Positions 42,366 to 56,239 are shown, counted from the first letter of the stretch. The stretch: DNA of 64,000 nucleotides from Paramecium tetraurelia (GCA_000165425.1 CT868666.1:124001-188000), one strand, 5' to 3'. Notes: a model not told the origin generated them from the letters alone. Translations and numbers: made by a program.

Positions 42366-43319
42366 ATGAATAAGCAAAGTTTATAAGAATTCAAAGTTAA
42401 TTTCTGCTAGAATACTAAATGTTAAGTAAGACAAGATCATTTTATGCCATTATAACAAATAATATAATGTCAATATTATCATAATAATAGTGATAAAAGA
42501 AGAAACAGTAATAATTATAAGCCAATATACATCTGTGATTAGAATAATGAAGGGAATGACTTTTGCAACAATATTATTGAATATCTATATCATCCTAGGA
42601 TATATGGCACTCTGCCATGCAAATTTGAAAAGTAAAAATAAAAATAATAAAAAACATCAGATCTTAGAATTGCAATGTACAACATTGTCCATTTAAGCAT
42701 GATGAAAATTAAATAAAATAAGCATTTCAATACAAGATATTCACAAAATTAAATTAGATCTTAGAGAGCAAATCAAAGGAGAATGATGTATGATATATAT
42801 TAAAATATTTAGTTATTATTTAATTCTAAAAAATACATTCAACGCATAGAGATCAATTAATTTGAAGATTTGAAGCATGAGTTTAAACAATTTAAGGAGA
42901 TTCGCATGGATTTGATCATGAATTACATTTGCGCTTTTTTGAACTCTTAAGGTGGAATCTTATATATTGGAATCACAGACAAAGGGATAATTTAAGGCAT
43001 TAAAATGACTAGAAAATAGAAGGATGACTTTTAAATTGAATTCGACAATAACCTTAGACATTTTGATCCAATTGTTCTACCAGAGTAAGTTGAATTAATG
43101 TTTGTACCAATATACAAAGATGAACTAATAATGATATAGGATTTATTTGTTATTGAGATAAAAATTAATGTTGTAGATAAAAAATAATTATATTTCACTA
43201 ATTAAAATGAAGCCTATATCAAGAGAAATGCAACAATTAATCAGTTAAAACCAAAAGAAATAAAGTAATTATATTTATTGTATGAAAGAGATTTAGTACT
43301 ACTTAAGTTAATGAGTTGA
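42366..43319 (+). CDS. Unkempt-like CCCH zinc-finger / Schlafen AlbA_2 fusion protein
   Basis: N-terminus LQEFKVNFC..C...CQYYHNNSDKRR...FCNNIIEYLYHPRIYGTLPC...C...CPFKH. C-terminus FEDLKHEFK...YICAFLNSQGGILYIGITDKGIIQG...FVIEIKI...EAYIKRN. Three introns (29, 25, 24 nt). Confidence 0.85.
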
Positions 43320-44063
43320 TTATAAATATTGTATATATAAATTTACATAAAAATGATGCTCATAGATCCATAAACAAGGATGCTCAAAACATAAATCATG
43401 AATTAAATCTCTTAGATATCTATATAAATATTTGCATAAATTAACAATCAACAAATGTTTTATCCAACTATCATAGCTTATCACATACTACATTGAGATA
43501 TAAAGCAATAATGTATCATTTCATGTGTTAGCTTCATCAATATTTTATGTAATTGGTGGAACTTATAGTATTAAAATAGTTAAGATAATTCCTCCTCATT
43601 ATAAAGAAAATAATTAAGAACTCAGGTTATAATCCAATATTTTCATTTGATGGAAAAATTCTAGGAGAGAGAGATTCAAAAATTAAGGTCTAAAATCAAA
43701 ATTAATTGAAAAAAATAAAAAAAGATTTCTCGTCACTCAGAGAAGCATTAGAATAAGTAATTAAATTAATTAATTGGCAAAATTTTAGCCATTTAATTCT
43801 TGATTCAATTATAGATCTTAAACTTATTCATCAATTACTGGATAAATTACTAAATTAGATTTATTAAAGTAATAATTTCCAGAAAATTAAATAGATAAAA
43901 ATTCCTAATTGATACATAATTATTTTATTCAAATATTAGGAAGTGATAAATGAAAGATAAAGCGTATTTCACTTATAAAATAAAAAAGCTCGAAGAAATA
44001 ATTATTAATTATTTTATTGTTTAGAAAGTCATAATACTTGAGCAATGGCTGACTTATTGGGTT

Positions 44064-45470
44064 TCAGCATAATTTACTTTTGGTAAATGAAACATTAATT
44101 TTTCTGCCCATTACTTCTTTTCCGTGAAGTAAAGCTGCTCCATTCAATGCTTCTTCTAATGATGATAATCTTACTAATGCCATATGTTTTTATCTAAATG
44201 ATTAGGTATTGTATACTTATCGATGTGGATGAATTTGATAGCCTATACATTTCCAATACCTTTGAATAATTCCTTAATATAGGTATCATCTTCACACATT
44301 TTCCCTTTGATGTTACTTAAATGCAAAGTCTAACTTGGTGGGTTAATAGAGATTGATTTTGCTTAACTAAATCTAAATTATGATTGTTGTGGCATAAATA
44401 CCAAAGTCTATGGAGATTGAAAGGGTAAAGGAAATTATATTTCTTAATAGTTCGAATAAAAGATTTTAAGGTTTGGTAACCAAAAAATGCGTTAAATTGT
44501 TCAAAATGATCTAAAGCATTTTGAGCATGAAGAGAGCTTTCTTCAAATTGAACCCAATGCTGATGTCTTATGTTTAATATAGATTATGACTAAAACATTT
44601 CCAAAGTTTGACAATAAATTAAAAATGTTTAATGGTGTAATATTTTAATTAATGAGACCTCTCATATAAACTACTTTGGATGGTTGATTTTCTCTAAGAA
44701 ATTAAGGTGATACATAAGTATATGGATCTATGTCTTTACTTTTTGATTTATCTTCAACTTCAGGGATTGAAAACATGTAGGAATTAAGATATGTATTTTT
44801 TTCAGAGGAGAATGCAAGCATTATATCTTCATCTACAGGATCATGTTCACAATCATCAAATTAAATGGATTTAAAAGATGAAGATTTTTTACATGAATCT
44901 CCATCATCAATAAATTCCAGCGAAGTTTATATTTTTGAGGGCTCCCATTCATTTTTCTGTTCCTAGAGATCCTATTTATCATTAAAACTAGCTCTTGTTC
45001 TTTCATTTCCAAAGCTAGCAATACTCAAAGTGATATCTGATTATTGTTGCCATATAACAGGTTGACTGTATATTTTTGGATGATATTCTTGATCATAAAT
45101 ATTCATGGATTTTGTGGAATTCCTCTATTTCATCGCTCTATAATCTACGCCTCCTGAATTGTTATTGAGAAATGTTACATTCTGTAAAGTTGAATAATAA
45201 CTAATAGTCATAAATAAAAGTGTACACATTCATTATTGTTTAATCATACAATTAACATCCATTTAATTATTATTAAGAAAACCTTGCCTATTATAAAGTT
45301 GCCATCTCTATAAAACATTTCCATTGTTTGCCCTTCTCAAATATTAAAATTTTGTTCACCTCCCCAAAATTTGAAAAGTACCTATAGAACAAAGAATGTG
45401 GAAGTATTATTGATTAAGGATTCTAAACAATCACTAGCAATACTCTCGTACTCTCATTCTCTGATATCAT
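44064..45470 (-). CDS. Polypyrimidine-tract-binding (PTB/hnRNP L-like) RRM protein with an indel cluster in the middle RRM
   Basis: RVLLVIV..FSNFGEVNKILIFEK...CFIEM, PSKVVYMRGL..IFNLLSNFGNV, INPPSQTLHLSNI...HMALVRLSSLEEA...INVSFTKSKL. In-frame TGA at 44543-44545 caused by indels. Confidence 0.8.
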
Positions 45471-47215
45471 TAACACTAAATTAAAATATATATATTTTAT
45501 TGATTGCTATTTCTAAATTATATTTCACAGATCTAAATCCTTGATTTAGCAATTTAACTTATACATAAAAATTGGTTATTCTTCTACTTTCAATGATAGT
45601 GTGGATTATGCATAAAATATGAATTGAGAATTAATAAAGCCAAAATTAGTAAATGTTTAATAATTCAAATAAGAGAATAAGAAATTTATTTGTAAATAAG
45701 TAAGAACCTAAGGACACCCAAAAATAAACACAGAAGGATATAATTTAGAGATGAGGTTTAAATAAATTATTATTTATTATTTTCTAATCTAACTAAATCC
45801 GACCCATTTTAGATATACAAATTTTGAGCCTTACAATTTTTATTTATCTGAAATTGAGGAAATTAGCTTATTTCTAAAATTTGTGGATTACTCATTATAT
45901 GAAAAATGCTATAACTTTTTTAATTGTAGGATTCAACTAAATAGCACTTAAATGTATTAATTTTTTATTGCTGATCTTTGATTTAATACGTTCTATAAAG
46001 ATATATTAACAATTAATGTAGCAAAAGCAAATTTAGGTAATTATACATTTAATAATAGTTATTCGAAAAAATAATTTAAGAGTAATTATAGAAATGGATG
46101 TATATAATTATGCAATAATTCTATATGTGAAATATACTTCTTTATTAGATCAAAAGTACTAATAAAAAATTCAAAGGGGGATTGTTTTCCTTTTTCTTGA
46201 ATCAATTTATACATTGGTCAAAATAAATGAATTATAAAAAAGAAGAGTGTTATTTAAAAGTAATTGAGAATTTTAGAACATCAAAGCAAAAAATGGGAAT
46301 TAGGAGATTCGCAAAAAAATTTGGTCTGATCAATTCAAAAACCAAATGTGTATAGATTAAAATATTATAAAGATGGAAAGAAATTTTATCTTCTTAGGCT
46401 GAAATTGTAGTCTTGAATAATTTTTAAATTAAAGATCAAGAAATCAAAATAAATATATCGATGCAATAACTTAGTTAAAAGCTAGCTTTTCAAAAATTAA
46501 CTTTATAATAAGTCCTAAAAAAAAATTAATAACATTGAACACAGAACCTTTATTGAGAAAACAATCTAGCTTACTTGTCGGATTTGTTTGAACATTCGAA
46601 TTAAGGATGAATATAGACTATTAACTTCCTATTCGGATATCAATTAAGAGCTATTTGAAAATTTTCTAAAATGAAAAATTTTAACAATGTCACCTGACGT
46701 ATTATTTTTATCAATAATAATTGGCATTGTGAATTTATTGAATCTATAATTTCCTGTAATTTTATTAATCTTTTTGAGCAAACATCCTTTATATATAGAT
46801 ATATGTATATTGCGATAGCTATTTTTAATTGAATAATAACCAGAATTTCTGAGGTAATATCAAATATGATACTATGTTGTAAATTATTGTGTAACAAAAT
46901 GCTAACCGAATAAATTAAAATAATAATAATAGATAATTTCTAATAACAGAAAGTAATACATTTTTAAAATAATTATATGGATTTCTTTTTTTTTTTAATT
47001 TTTTATTTGATTAGTATAGAATATTTTATTTAATTTTCCAAAAAATGTCCTTAAAGTGGACAATAATATATAAAATGTTAGGTATCTCTAATTTTGAGAT
47101 TGCCAAGCTTTTTAAAATTTTTAGATTTACATAACTCTTCACAGAATGAAAGATCAATTAATTTTTTTCAATTTCATCATGTATTTTAATTGTATTTTAT
47201 TTTTATTACAACATC

Positions 47216-50200
47216 ATGCTTCACAGATTATTTATACTTGCAATAAGTACTTATTCACAGATCTTGTATTCAGAAAGTTTTACAAGCAATTCATTTACTA
47301 CTTCGGAAGGTATTGAATTAATTAATAGAAGAATGGGTGCTTAGTGGAGAGAATTTAATATATAGCGATTGTGGTTCAGTACGACTTTTTGGAGGGAACA
47401 ATGCCTTCGGTCATCGTACATCAGCTACAAAGTTATTTTAATTACCACCTCATCATACAGTTTCAATAACTTTAGAATTTTGGAAGTAAGTAGTTGTTTA
47501 ATCAACATTAGAATAGACACTTGGGATGACGAGAAATTTTTCATTTATTTAGATTAAATTTTAGGGTTCTAGGATATTTATGGCCATGGAGGTACTGACA
47601 TCTGTGGAAAGTCATCTGGGGAATTTGTTGTGCAAATAAATATTATGTAACCCCATAACTTTTAATCTCTCTTTATTTTAATGACATCAAATTTAGATTA
47701 ACAGCCTAATGATGTATTCAAGCTTATATATTTAGGAATCTTGGGGAATAAGAAATTTCAAATTATATATCTATCCATGTCCTTCTGGTTGCTAAATATG
47801 TGTTTCAACAGATTTGAGAGAAGATTGCATAATTTGGAACAACATTGAAAAAAGCCTTTTAAGCGTTGATTTCAATAGCTTTAACTTTGATGGATGGACA
47901 ATAGATTAAGGATATAAATTTACTAGTTATTGCTTATGTAAAGATATTAATTCAATCTTAAGCTATTCCAATGATTGGAGGGTATCTATTAACTGGGGAA
48001 AATAGTTATATGTTCAAAACTATTAATTTATCTGCCCATAGCCAGATTATTATTTAATTCAGATTTATTTTCTTAGATTCTTGGAATGCTAAACATGCGT
48101 ACTTATATATAGATAATAACGTGATTTGGACAGAAACCTATGACTTCAACAATAGATAAATTTAGGATTTATGTGGTTGGATTTATGATGATAAACCATT
48201 TAATGTTTAAATTACAATGCCTCATACAGGATCATCAATAACATTAAACTTCACTACAAATTTAAATTAGGGTCTGTAAAATGAATCATTTGGAATAAGA
48301 GACATATAAATATTTATTGGTAATTATTTGTTTACATTTTAGCCTGTCTTTTTGGTTCCTCATTTAATCAAGCTTGTGGAACAATTTGTGGAAATGGAGT
48401 TATAGAATAGTATGAAGAATGTGATGATGGCAATATATATTCTTTTGATGGATGCTTCAATTGTTAATATTCTTGTATTGAAGGATGTTCAAATTGTATT
48501 GATGGAATTTGCTTTGAATGTTCTATTGGATGGTCATTTGGTCCTAATTTTAACACATGTACTCCTATTGCTAATGATGAGAAATACTCAATATGGGAAG
48601 AGTGTGATGATCTCTTAAATTTTGAAATTTGTAAAAACGGAAAATTTATTACTCCATCAAATTGTTTATCCTACTAGTTTGGTATCTGTTTTAAGTGTTA
48701 AGTAAATTATGAATTAATCAATAACAAATGTGAAGCTGTTTGTTAAAATTAAGCAATCGTTAATGATATAGAATGTTTAGATAATAATTTATATGCTCTT
48801 GATAGATGTCATTAATGTGCTTATGATTTAGATGAAGGGTGTAGAATTTAATAAAATGGAGTTTGTATTTAATGTTTAGATGGATGGAAATTTGATATGG
48901 TAACTGATATTTGTACTCCAATTTGTGGTAATCACATTATTGAAGGACCTGAAGAATGTGATATTAATATAAATACAAAAAGTTAATTTGGATGCTAATA
49001 ATGTTATTTTGATTGCCAATATGAATGTACAGATTGTTAATTTGGAATCTGTCATGATTGCATTTCAGGGTGGAAATTAAAGAATTAATAATGCGAATCT
49101 ATTTGTGGAGATAATCAGATTTAATTTATAGATGAATGTGATGATATGAATAAAATTAGATTTGATGGTTGTTATAATTGTAGAAATGATTGTTAAAGAG
49201 AATGTTCCTATTGTTTTAAGGGTGTGTGTTTGGATTGTATTTATGGTTGGCATTTGACTGCCTATTTCACGTGCGAATTTGAATGTGGAGATTCTTAGAT
49301 TGCTTTAATCTCATAAGAGGAATGTGATGATTCTAATGATATGTAATTAGATGGATGTTTTGGATGTAAAATTGAATGCTGTCGTTATTGTACTCAATGC
49401 ATATATGGAATTTGTTATGATTGCGAATATACATTTACATTGATTAATTAAGAATGTAATTCTGTTTGTGGAGATGGATTAGTTAGTGCTGAATATGAGT
49501 AATGTGATGACATGAATAGAATACCTTATGATGGTTGTTATAATTGCAATTATTAATGTAGATAGTTTTGTAAATTATGCATTTAAGGAGTGTGTTATGA
49601 TTAATGTGAATAGGGGTATTATTAGGTTGATAATGTATGCTACCCGATTTGCGGAGATGGAATAATAGTCGAAGAAGAAGACTGCGACGATTAAAATGTT
49701 GATAAAAGTGATGGATGTTTTAATTGTTTTTTCTATTGTCCAGATCATTGTAATGTATGTGCACAAGGAAAATGTAAAGTATGTGAATAAGGATATGAAT
49801 TAAATAAGGGTTTAAATGAATGTTTCACACTTTGTGGGAATGGATTAGTTTCAATTGAAGAAGAATGTGATGATATGAATTAATAGAATGGGGATGGATG
49901 CTCTTCATTATGCACAATAGAAACAAATTATGTTTGCAAGAACTTTTTATATTCATTTACTGAATGTATATATATAAGGTACCCTAAGTTTGAAGCTTCA
50001 TTAATAAGATAGGATTACTCAATTTAATATGTTTCTTTACACTTTGACTAATAGGTTAAAATTCTAGGAAATAAAAATTTTTCAGGTTAAATTCAATTCA
50101 ATTTAGTTGGAGTTGATTTTGAACTTTATAATATCACTTTGATGATAGTTTAAGAAGTGTAATAATATTGTACCTTTGTAGAATATATGGTTGCAATATA

Positions 50201-51512
50201 AATTAATACCACGCTGTTATCTCACCCTATTCTTGAAGTAATATTAAAGGAATAATTGTACAATGAAAATGAAGCACCTTTGATTAATCAGATTGATAAG
50301 GTTAAATTAAATCTTCCCAAGTACATTGTTGATAAAAAAAAATAATCTGCTTAAGTCTTAAAAAATGTGGGAACTAATATTATGAAATCTATTGGTGGCA
50401 TGGGTATTCTCATGCTACTTATTGGTCACTCATTTGGAGGAATTATTGAAATTCTCTAATAATAGTCATATTTGAAATTCATTAATGTAGTATTTCCCCT
50501 TAATTTATTCATATATTTTGAATCAAGCAATATTATAACAGTTTAACCATTATTAGATTTCTTTCATTTTAATTCAGTAGTATTAAATATTATGAATACA
50601 GAGTTTGTAGAATCAAAAGAAAAATTCTTATTTTATGAAATCGATGCAAGTATACTTTTTAATATTTAAGCTTAAATATTCTTAAGTCTAGGCGTTATTT
50701 TCATGTATATAGGTTGTATATTTTTGATTTAAAAATTCATATCTATGTAAAATTTGCATTATTTTTATTTTGGAATTACAGTTGCTTCATATTTTGTGAA
50801 AGTTTAGAACGCATGCTTTATGATAAAAAGAAAATGTGAAAAAGTGGGTTTGATATAATTTTATATAACAAATTGTTGGGATTTACTTTTTATGTCTTTT
50901 TTATAAATTAGTTCATAATCATTTACAACAATTAAATCCGCAGGTTCCATTATTTTAGGATATTTAATCATATATGCTTGTGCTATAATAATATCTAATT
51001 ATTTCTTTAAAGACACAAAATATACTTCATTATCACGATATAATTTAAAAAAATTGGATTTATTTTTAATTTTTAAGAAATTCCTATTTGTAGGAATTTT
51101 AGTGTTGTTTCAAAGAAATTAATAGATTTAATCAATTCTATTAGCATTCGTAAGCAATTGTAGTCTAATATATTTGATTTTATTTAAATCACGTGAGAAT
51201 AAAGTTGATTATTTCAATCAAATAATAATGGAAGCTAGTGTTTTTGTCTTTTGTTCGACGATTGCATTGTATTGGGATTTAATGCAAGAATCCTTTGATT
51301 ATGATAATTAAATTCTACTTGGCTGGTTTCACATATCTATGTTGCTCTTGGTTCTAGTAATCAACTTAGGACTTTAGTTATATACCTTCTTAATGAAATT
51401 AAGAAAAACTTGGATAAAAAAAATGCAAAAACCCTAAAATTAAAGTTCAGATTAATAGAAAGATCCAATTCCATAGTATCAAATAAAGTAAATAGTTGAA
51501 TTCAAATAATGA
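47216..51512 (+). CDS. Large Cys-rich cell-surface protein with DUF4215-type (myxococcal Cys-rich) repeats and a multi-TM C-terminus
   Basis: Signal peptide; two LPPH/LSAH...DxW...ESxGIR domains; about 9 roughly 60-aa repeats CGNG..EECDDGN..DGC..C; several hydrophobic helices near the C-terminus. Confidence 0.88.
48380..49940 (+). repeat. Coding tandem Cys-rich repeats with a period of about 180 nt
   Basis: Recurring tgtgga(g/a)at...gaatgtgatgat...gatgg(a/t)tg units near 48386, 48920, 49100, 49285, 49466, 49648 and 49833, plus two degenerate copies. Confidence 0.85.
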
Positions 51513-51699
51513 TTTCGAATGCTGATTTACTTGTATATGTATCTTTGAAATATGATATTTATCAAATACTGAAAATATGTGATTTTTTTTATATAATATA
51601 TATTTATAATAATTAAATAAATTGAATAGAATTTATTAACGAATATTTTATTAAGAAAAATAATTTCAGATGTGCCTAATAATAACAGTTTTACAAAAT

Positions 51700-53500
51700 C
51701 TTAAAATTGTTGGGAGATAAAATAAAGAAGAGATATGAATTGTAATTAATTGAATTTAATAAATATATCTTATTATCATTCTTTTATATTCCAGATACGG
51801 AATAAAGCAAAACCACTTAAAAACACAATTATTAACATGATGATATCTTCAAATAATGCTAATACACCACAAAAGGGGAGACTAATAGTCATGAAACTTA
51901 TGTTTACAATTCAAAAAGGAATTACAAAATGATGAATCCATTAAATCCTAGAATGGCAACAATTGAAAATGTTATCCAGCAAAGTATCAATACAATTTAA
52001 ACCCATTTATACAAAACCAATAGATATGGATCAGATACTACGCCCTTATATCCTCGATAGAAAATAAAACTCTAACTATGGAAAATATGTTACAATTAAA
52101 TTGGGTTGAAGGAGAACAAGAACATAAAACTATATAGGATGCGTATTCCATCAATTCCGTTTCCAGCTTAAATACTGTTATCAATAATATTTAAGAGAGT
52201 GTAAGCCACTATGAGTATGCTCGACAACCATAATGATCTTACCACCAATCTATATTCTGGCTACACTTCTTCAATATTGTAATGAATCACTTTTATCAAT
52301 GGGGGGTAGTTGAAATCATTCCAATCTATTTTTTATTTTTAGTCATTTTGATTAGATTTGAATTATCTCATTGATTCATTCAAGACGGTATTAGTTACAA
52401 AAGAAGCCATATAAATTGTTATTATTATTTATTATTTTAATGAAGAAATTATCAGCAATATTTTAATTTAAATTCATCATCTCGCACTAGTCTATAGTTC
52501 AATTATTCCAGGTCTATACATATTAAATTAATTAACAGAGATATAACAATTGATAAGATGGTTTATGAAAACTTTAAATGCAACTTAAGAATTTTTTTCA
52601 AAATTAATTGGAATAAGTTGGATTTGTAAGGAATTCTTAATTAAACTCAAAATATTCAACGTTAGGCTGCAAAAACTATTATTTCATTTTATAATAATTT
52701 GAGATTGAGAACCTTAAAGCGATACAAGAAATTAATAAATAATCACGAACTAAATTGTTTAGTGTTGATCAGTTTAAGCATAATAACAATTAACAATCTG
52801 TTTAATTTTTTACTTAACGACAAATTACATGATTTGAAGACAAAAGGATATATAAAATAGAGCTTGATTAAGTGCATAAAATAAATATTATTTTAAGGGT
52901 TAAATTAGATTAATAGATTTTTCAGAGCTCATAAACTATTTAAAAGAACTTTTAATAATTTTTGGCTGGAGTATTTTATATCTGTAAATAATACTCAGAT
53001 TAGAAGATGATATTATAATATTCAATTAAATAGTATTTGATTGCCAAAAAACTAATCCCATCATCCATAATTTAATAAAATATATCCAAAAATGGTAATA
53101 GAGGTTTCAATTATTGATAGGATGAAATTGAAAGGATTTGATCTATGTAAAATAGAATACAATTTAAAAAATGAGTATAAGTTACGAAATCAGAAATAAA
53201 CAGCCACTCTAAAACTTTCTAATTTACTCATATACTCAAAAAGCTTGAGTTGGCCAATGAAAAGGTGAGGTTTTAATACAAGGAAGTTTTAGATTTTATT
53301 TTTCCCTTATAGATTAATTAGTCCTTTAAATTTTTAATCTCTATATATCTAAGATAGTTTCAACCTAATAATTATTATCTACTTATTGCTCTCATGTTAA
53401 GCATATTTTAAACAATCTAATTTTGTAATTCTTCTTACTCTCTTCAATTTTAATTATCATTTAATTTTTACTGGTTACCTTAATAAATATCTTCTATTTC
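51700..53500 (+). pseudogene. Decayed large membrane-protein gene remnant
   Basis: Coding-like fragments (YSINSVSSLNT, hydrophobic stretches) broken by TGAs and frameshifts. Family not identifiable; limits approximate. Confidence 0.3.
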
Positions 53501-53516
53501 GCTCATTATTTAATTA

Positions 53517-54249
53517 ATGAATCAATCTCTTATATAAATTAGGCAATAAAGAAGAATTCATTCTAACCACAAAAAATATTCAAAACCATTACCTCAAAAT
53601 GGATCTAAACGCAATACTACTCTGATTTAAGATCGATCAGTATTCATAAACGAAAGAATAAACAAAAATCTTAGAATTCAAAGGAATACTTTTGGGGAGT
53701 CAAGTTGCTATTGTGATACATGTGGTAAACGATCTAACATTATGAAAAAGATATTTCAGTTATATTAATTTCCATAAACTAAGTACCTTATTATCCAAAA
53801 TAAATAGCCAATGGAGAAAGCAAAAATAGTTTCGTAAATTTAGAAGACTTATCAATTGTATCATCTTTATTATCAGATACAGAGTAATGAAAAGAATCAA
53901 GAGAAAAAAAAAATTTACTATTAAGAAAGTACTAACTAAATAGATTGTCAATGAACAACAAATTAAACCATCGACTATTTAAAGTGCTATTTTAGAACTG
54001 AAGCAAATAATTAGAGTGGATTCAACGTAGCAATCCAAGAGAGTCAAGCAGAAAAGCAAGGATACCCAATATTAATACTCCTCTTTACTTAAAGGAAGAA
54101 GGAATTTAAGATCATTATTTTTTATTCCCTAATTTGAGAGTCCGATCAAATAATATATTATTAAAAATTCGAAACCAAATACTGTTCATCACTCTCCTAT
54201 GTAATCATTGTACGATTTCAAAATATAATCCTCTTTTAGAGGATCATGA
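53517..54249 (+). CDS. Hypothetical basic protein (CxCxxCG and FRxxIxCIIF motifs)
   Basis: MNQSLIQIRQQ...SCYCDTCGKR, a 25-nt intron, FRKFRRLINCIIFIIRYRVMKR, ending SSFRGS*. Confidence 0.7.
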
Positions 54250-54402
54250 TAATATTTTAATTAAAGTTGAGTTATATACTTACTTTATAATGTAGTTAAT
54301 TTAATGATCTGGTTCAACATCAATGAACTTTACTGCTTGAACATATGTAAAACTTTGACAAGTTTCATTTTTCATTTGCATTTTATAATTATTAATAAAT
54401 TT

Positions 54403-55634
54403 ATGTAAGTACTTTAACCAATTAACGATCAATAATAACCTGTCAAAATTACATCAGACTACTTATTTCAAGAGGCTCCAATAACCAGATGTATTTATCA
54501 TCCACAATACATACGTCATTTTTGTAAAGAACCCTCTTGTTTGATGCCTTTGTGTTAAGATTGTATTTAAGTGCATCCACATTAACATTCTCGCTATAGT
54601 ATATCATTTCCTAAAAGCATTAGTTGACTCAATTGAAAGCACATTAACTTAAGTCTACAAAGGATATGCGAGTAGGGCAAATGAAATTGCTACTCACCAA
54701 ACAGGTGACATCCTGTAAATCAGACAAGACCTACACAAGTTGATTGATACTATCGTAGATGATGTGTTGAATAAAGCAGATAAGAATTACCACTACGATT
54801 TGATTGTTTAATGGAGGAATTTGATAAAGAAACTGGAGAGATTGAGAGATCCAAATAACTGTTTAAAGGAAACCATACTATATTTTGCAGATCAAGATAA
54901 TTAGAATCCTCTATTGAAATATTAAGGCGTGCCTATATAGGTGAATTATGAGGCATTGGAATAAGCGAAGTTCCATCTCCATCATCTATTCATGGTGACA
55001 TTGTAAGATGGAGAATACTTCTTTAGACCAGGAGAAAGAACAGGTGACAACCCTATAAGAAGAGTATCAAGAATGATATATGATCCTGTTTTACCCACTC
55101 ATGCAGATTACTAACCATACAATTATAGTCCTCAAAGAATGATGATTAATCAACCAATGTAGCCAATACCTTAGCCAGTTATTTATCAAACTCAGGTACT
55201 TCCTCCGGTATAAACTTAATAACCATCTATTGTGTAAATAGTTCCTTAAGTTTAACCATATACTCAAACTCCAATTCAACCATAACCAATATAATATGCA
55301 TTACCTTAACCATAACCATAACCTATTGTGATAAATAAAACTGAAGTTCCTCAACCTTTAGTTTATTATCAAGAAAGCCCAATTAAAATGGTTTCCTCAA
55401 AATAAGATCCCATAATTTAACAAAGTACAGTACCCCAAGTAGTGATTCAGCAACAAACACCTTAACCTCAGATTATTTAATATGTTTAACCTGTAGTTAG
55501 AGCACCATAGCAAGTAGTTCCAACAGTTTATACAGTTTCAAACTCTAAACCATTTGCTCCTTTATAAGTATTATAAATCATTAATTTAGTAGAGTGGAGA
55601 ATACTCACATCCATACCCTTTGGTGTAGTAGTGA
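54403..55634 (+). CDS. B-box zinc-finger protein with a P/Q/V-rich C-terminus
   Basis: CIYHPQYIRHFCKEPSCLMPLCQDCIQVHPHQH, a helical segment, then a low-complexity QPQP/VIQ tail. Two introns. Confidence 0.8.
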
Positions 55635-55793
55635 TGTTATATGATCAAATTTTAATGATGTTAACTCATTTTATTTTTCTTGTTTTCAATTATGCCATTC
55701 AACCCTTCTCTTTGATAAGAAAAGTGTTAATTAACTTTGACTTTTTCTCTGAAGGTCATTTTCTCCAGTATTAATAAAAAGTCATAAGTAACG

Positions 55794-55979
55794 TCAACGA
55801 GACTGATTTAAACTAAAATGTATGATCGGCAATTTAATGTTTTTATCTTATCTCCATTCGATCTCTTGATTAGAAGGAGAGAACTTATAGGAAAACTTAA
55901 AAATGAATGGCAAATGATTTTCCTTTTTTAAATAAGGATCTCTTGTCCTCCTTAACTGTTGTTTTGATAATTTGTGCAT
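55794..55979 (-). CDS. Possible small hypothetical protein (61 aa)
   Basis: MHKLSKQQLRRTRDPYLKKENHLPFIFKF...IKLPIIHFSLNQSR*. Short, with no recognisable motif. Confidence 0.3.
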
Positions 55980-56239
55980 TTTTTTCCTTTAAGATTAATT
56001 AACATATAATTCTAAAATGGAGACAATAAGTTAAAGTTTTGTATGGGACAGGATGGTTTTTTGAATGGATACTTAGTAGTTGAATTTGGAGGAAATAATA
56101 AGGAGGAAAGATGAAATATTGGTATAAATTTGAAATTTATCCTGGGGAATATGTAGGGATAGTTTACAAATGGGTTGGGATTGATGTTTTATGATTTTGG
56201 ATGTATATTGAAATATTTAATTACTATTTATTATTTGTT

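Noticed and set aside
43353..43953. Possible small plus-strand gene between the Schlafen fusion and PTB-like genes
   Set aside because: No consistent ATG-to-TGA model with canonical introns could be built, and no motif was recognisable.
42366..45470. Schlafen fusion and PTB-like gene as an RNA-processing cluster
   Set aside because: They are convergent and separated by about 740 nt, and gene adjacency is not evidence of shared function in this genome.
48380..49940. Regularly spaced repeats as a possible CRISPR-like or satellite array
   Set aside because: The repeats are in-frame Cys-rich protein modules, conserved at the amino-acid rather than nucleotide level.
56170..56183. TGGGTTGGGATTG resembling a Paramecium telomeric repeat
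   Set aside because: Fewer than two correct TT(T/G)GGG units, and expected by chance in a G-rich patch.
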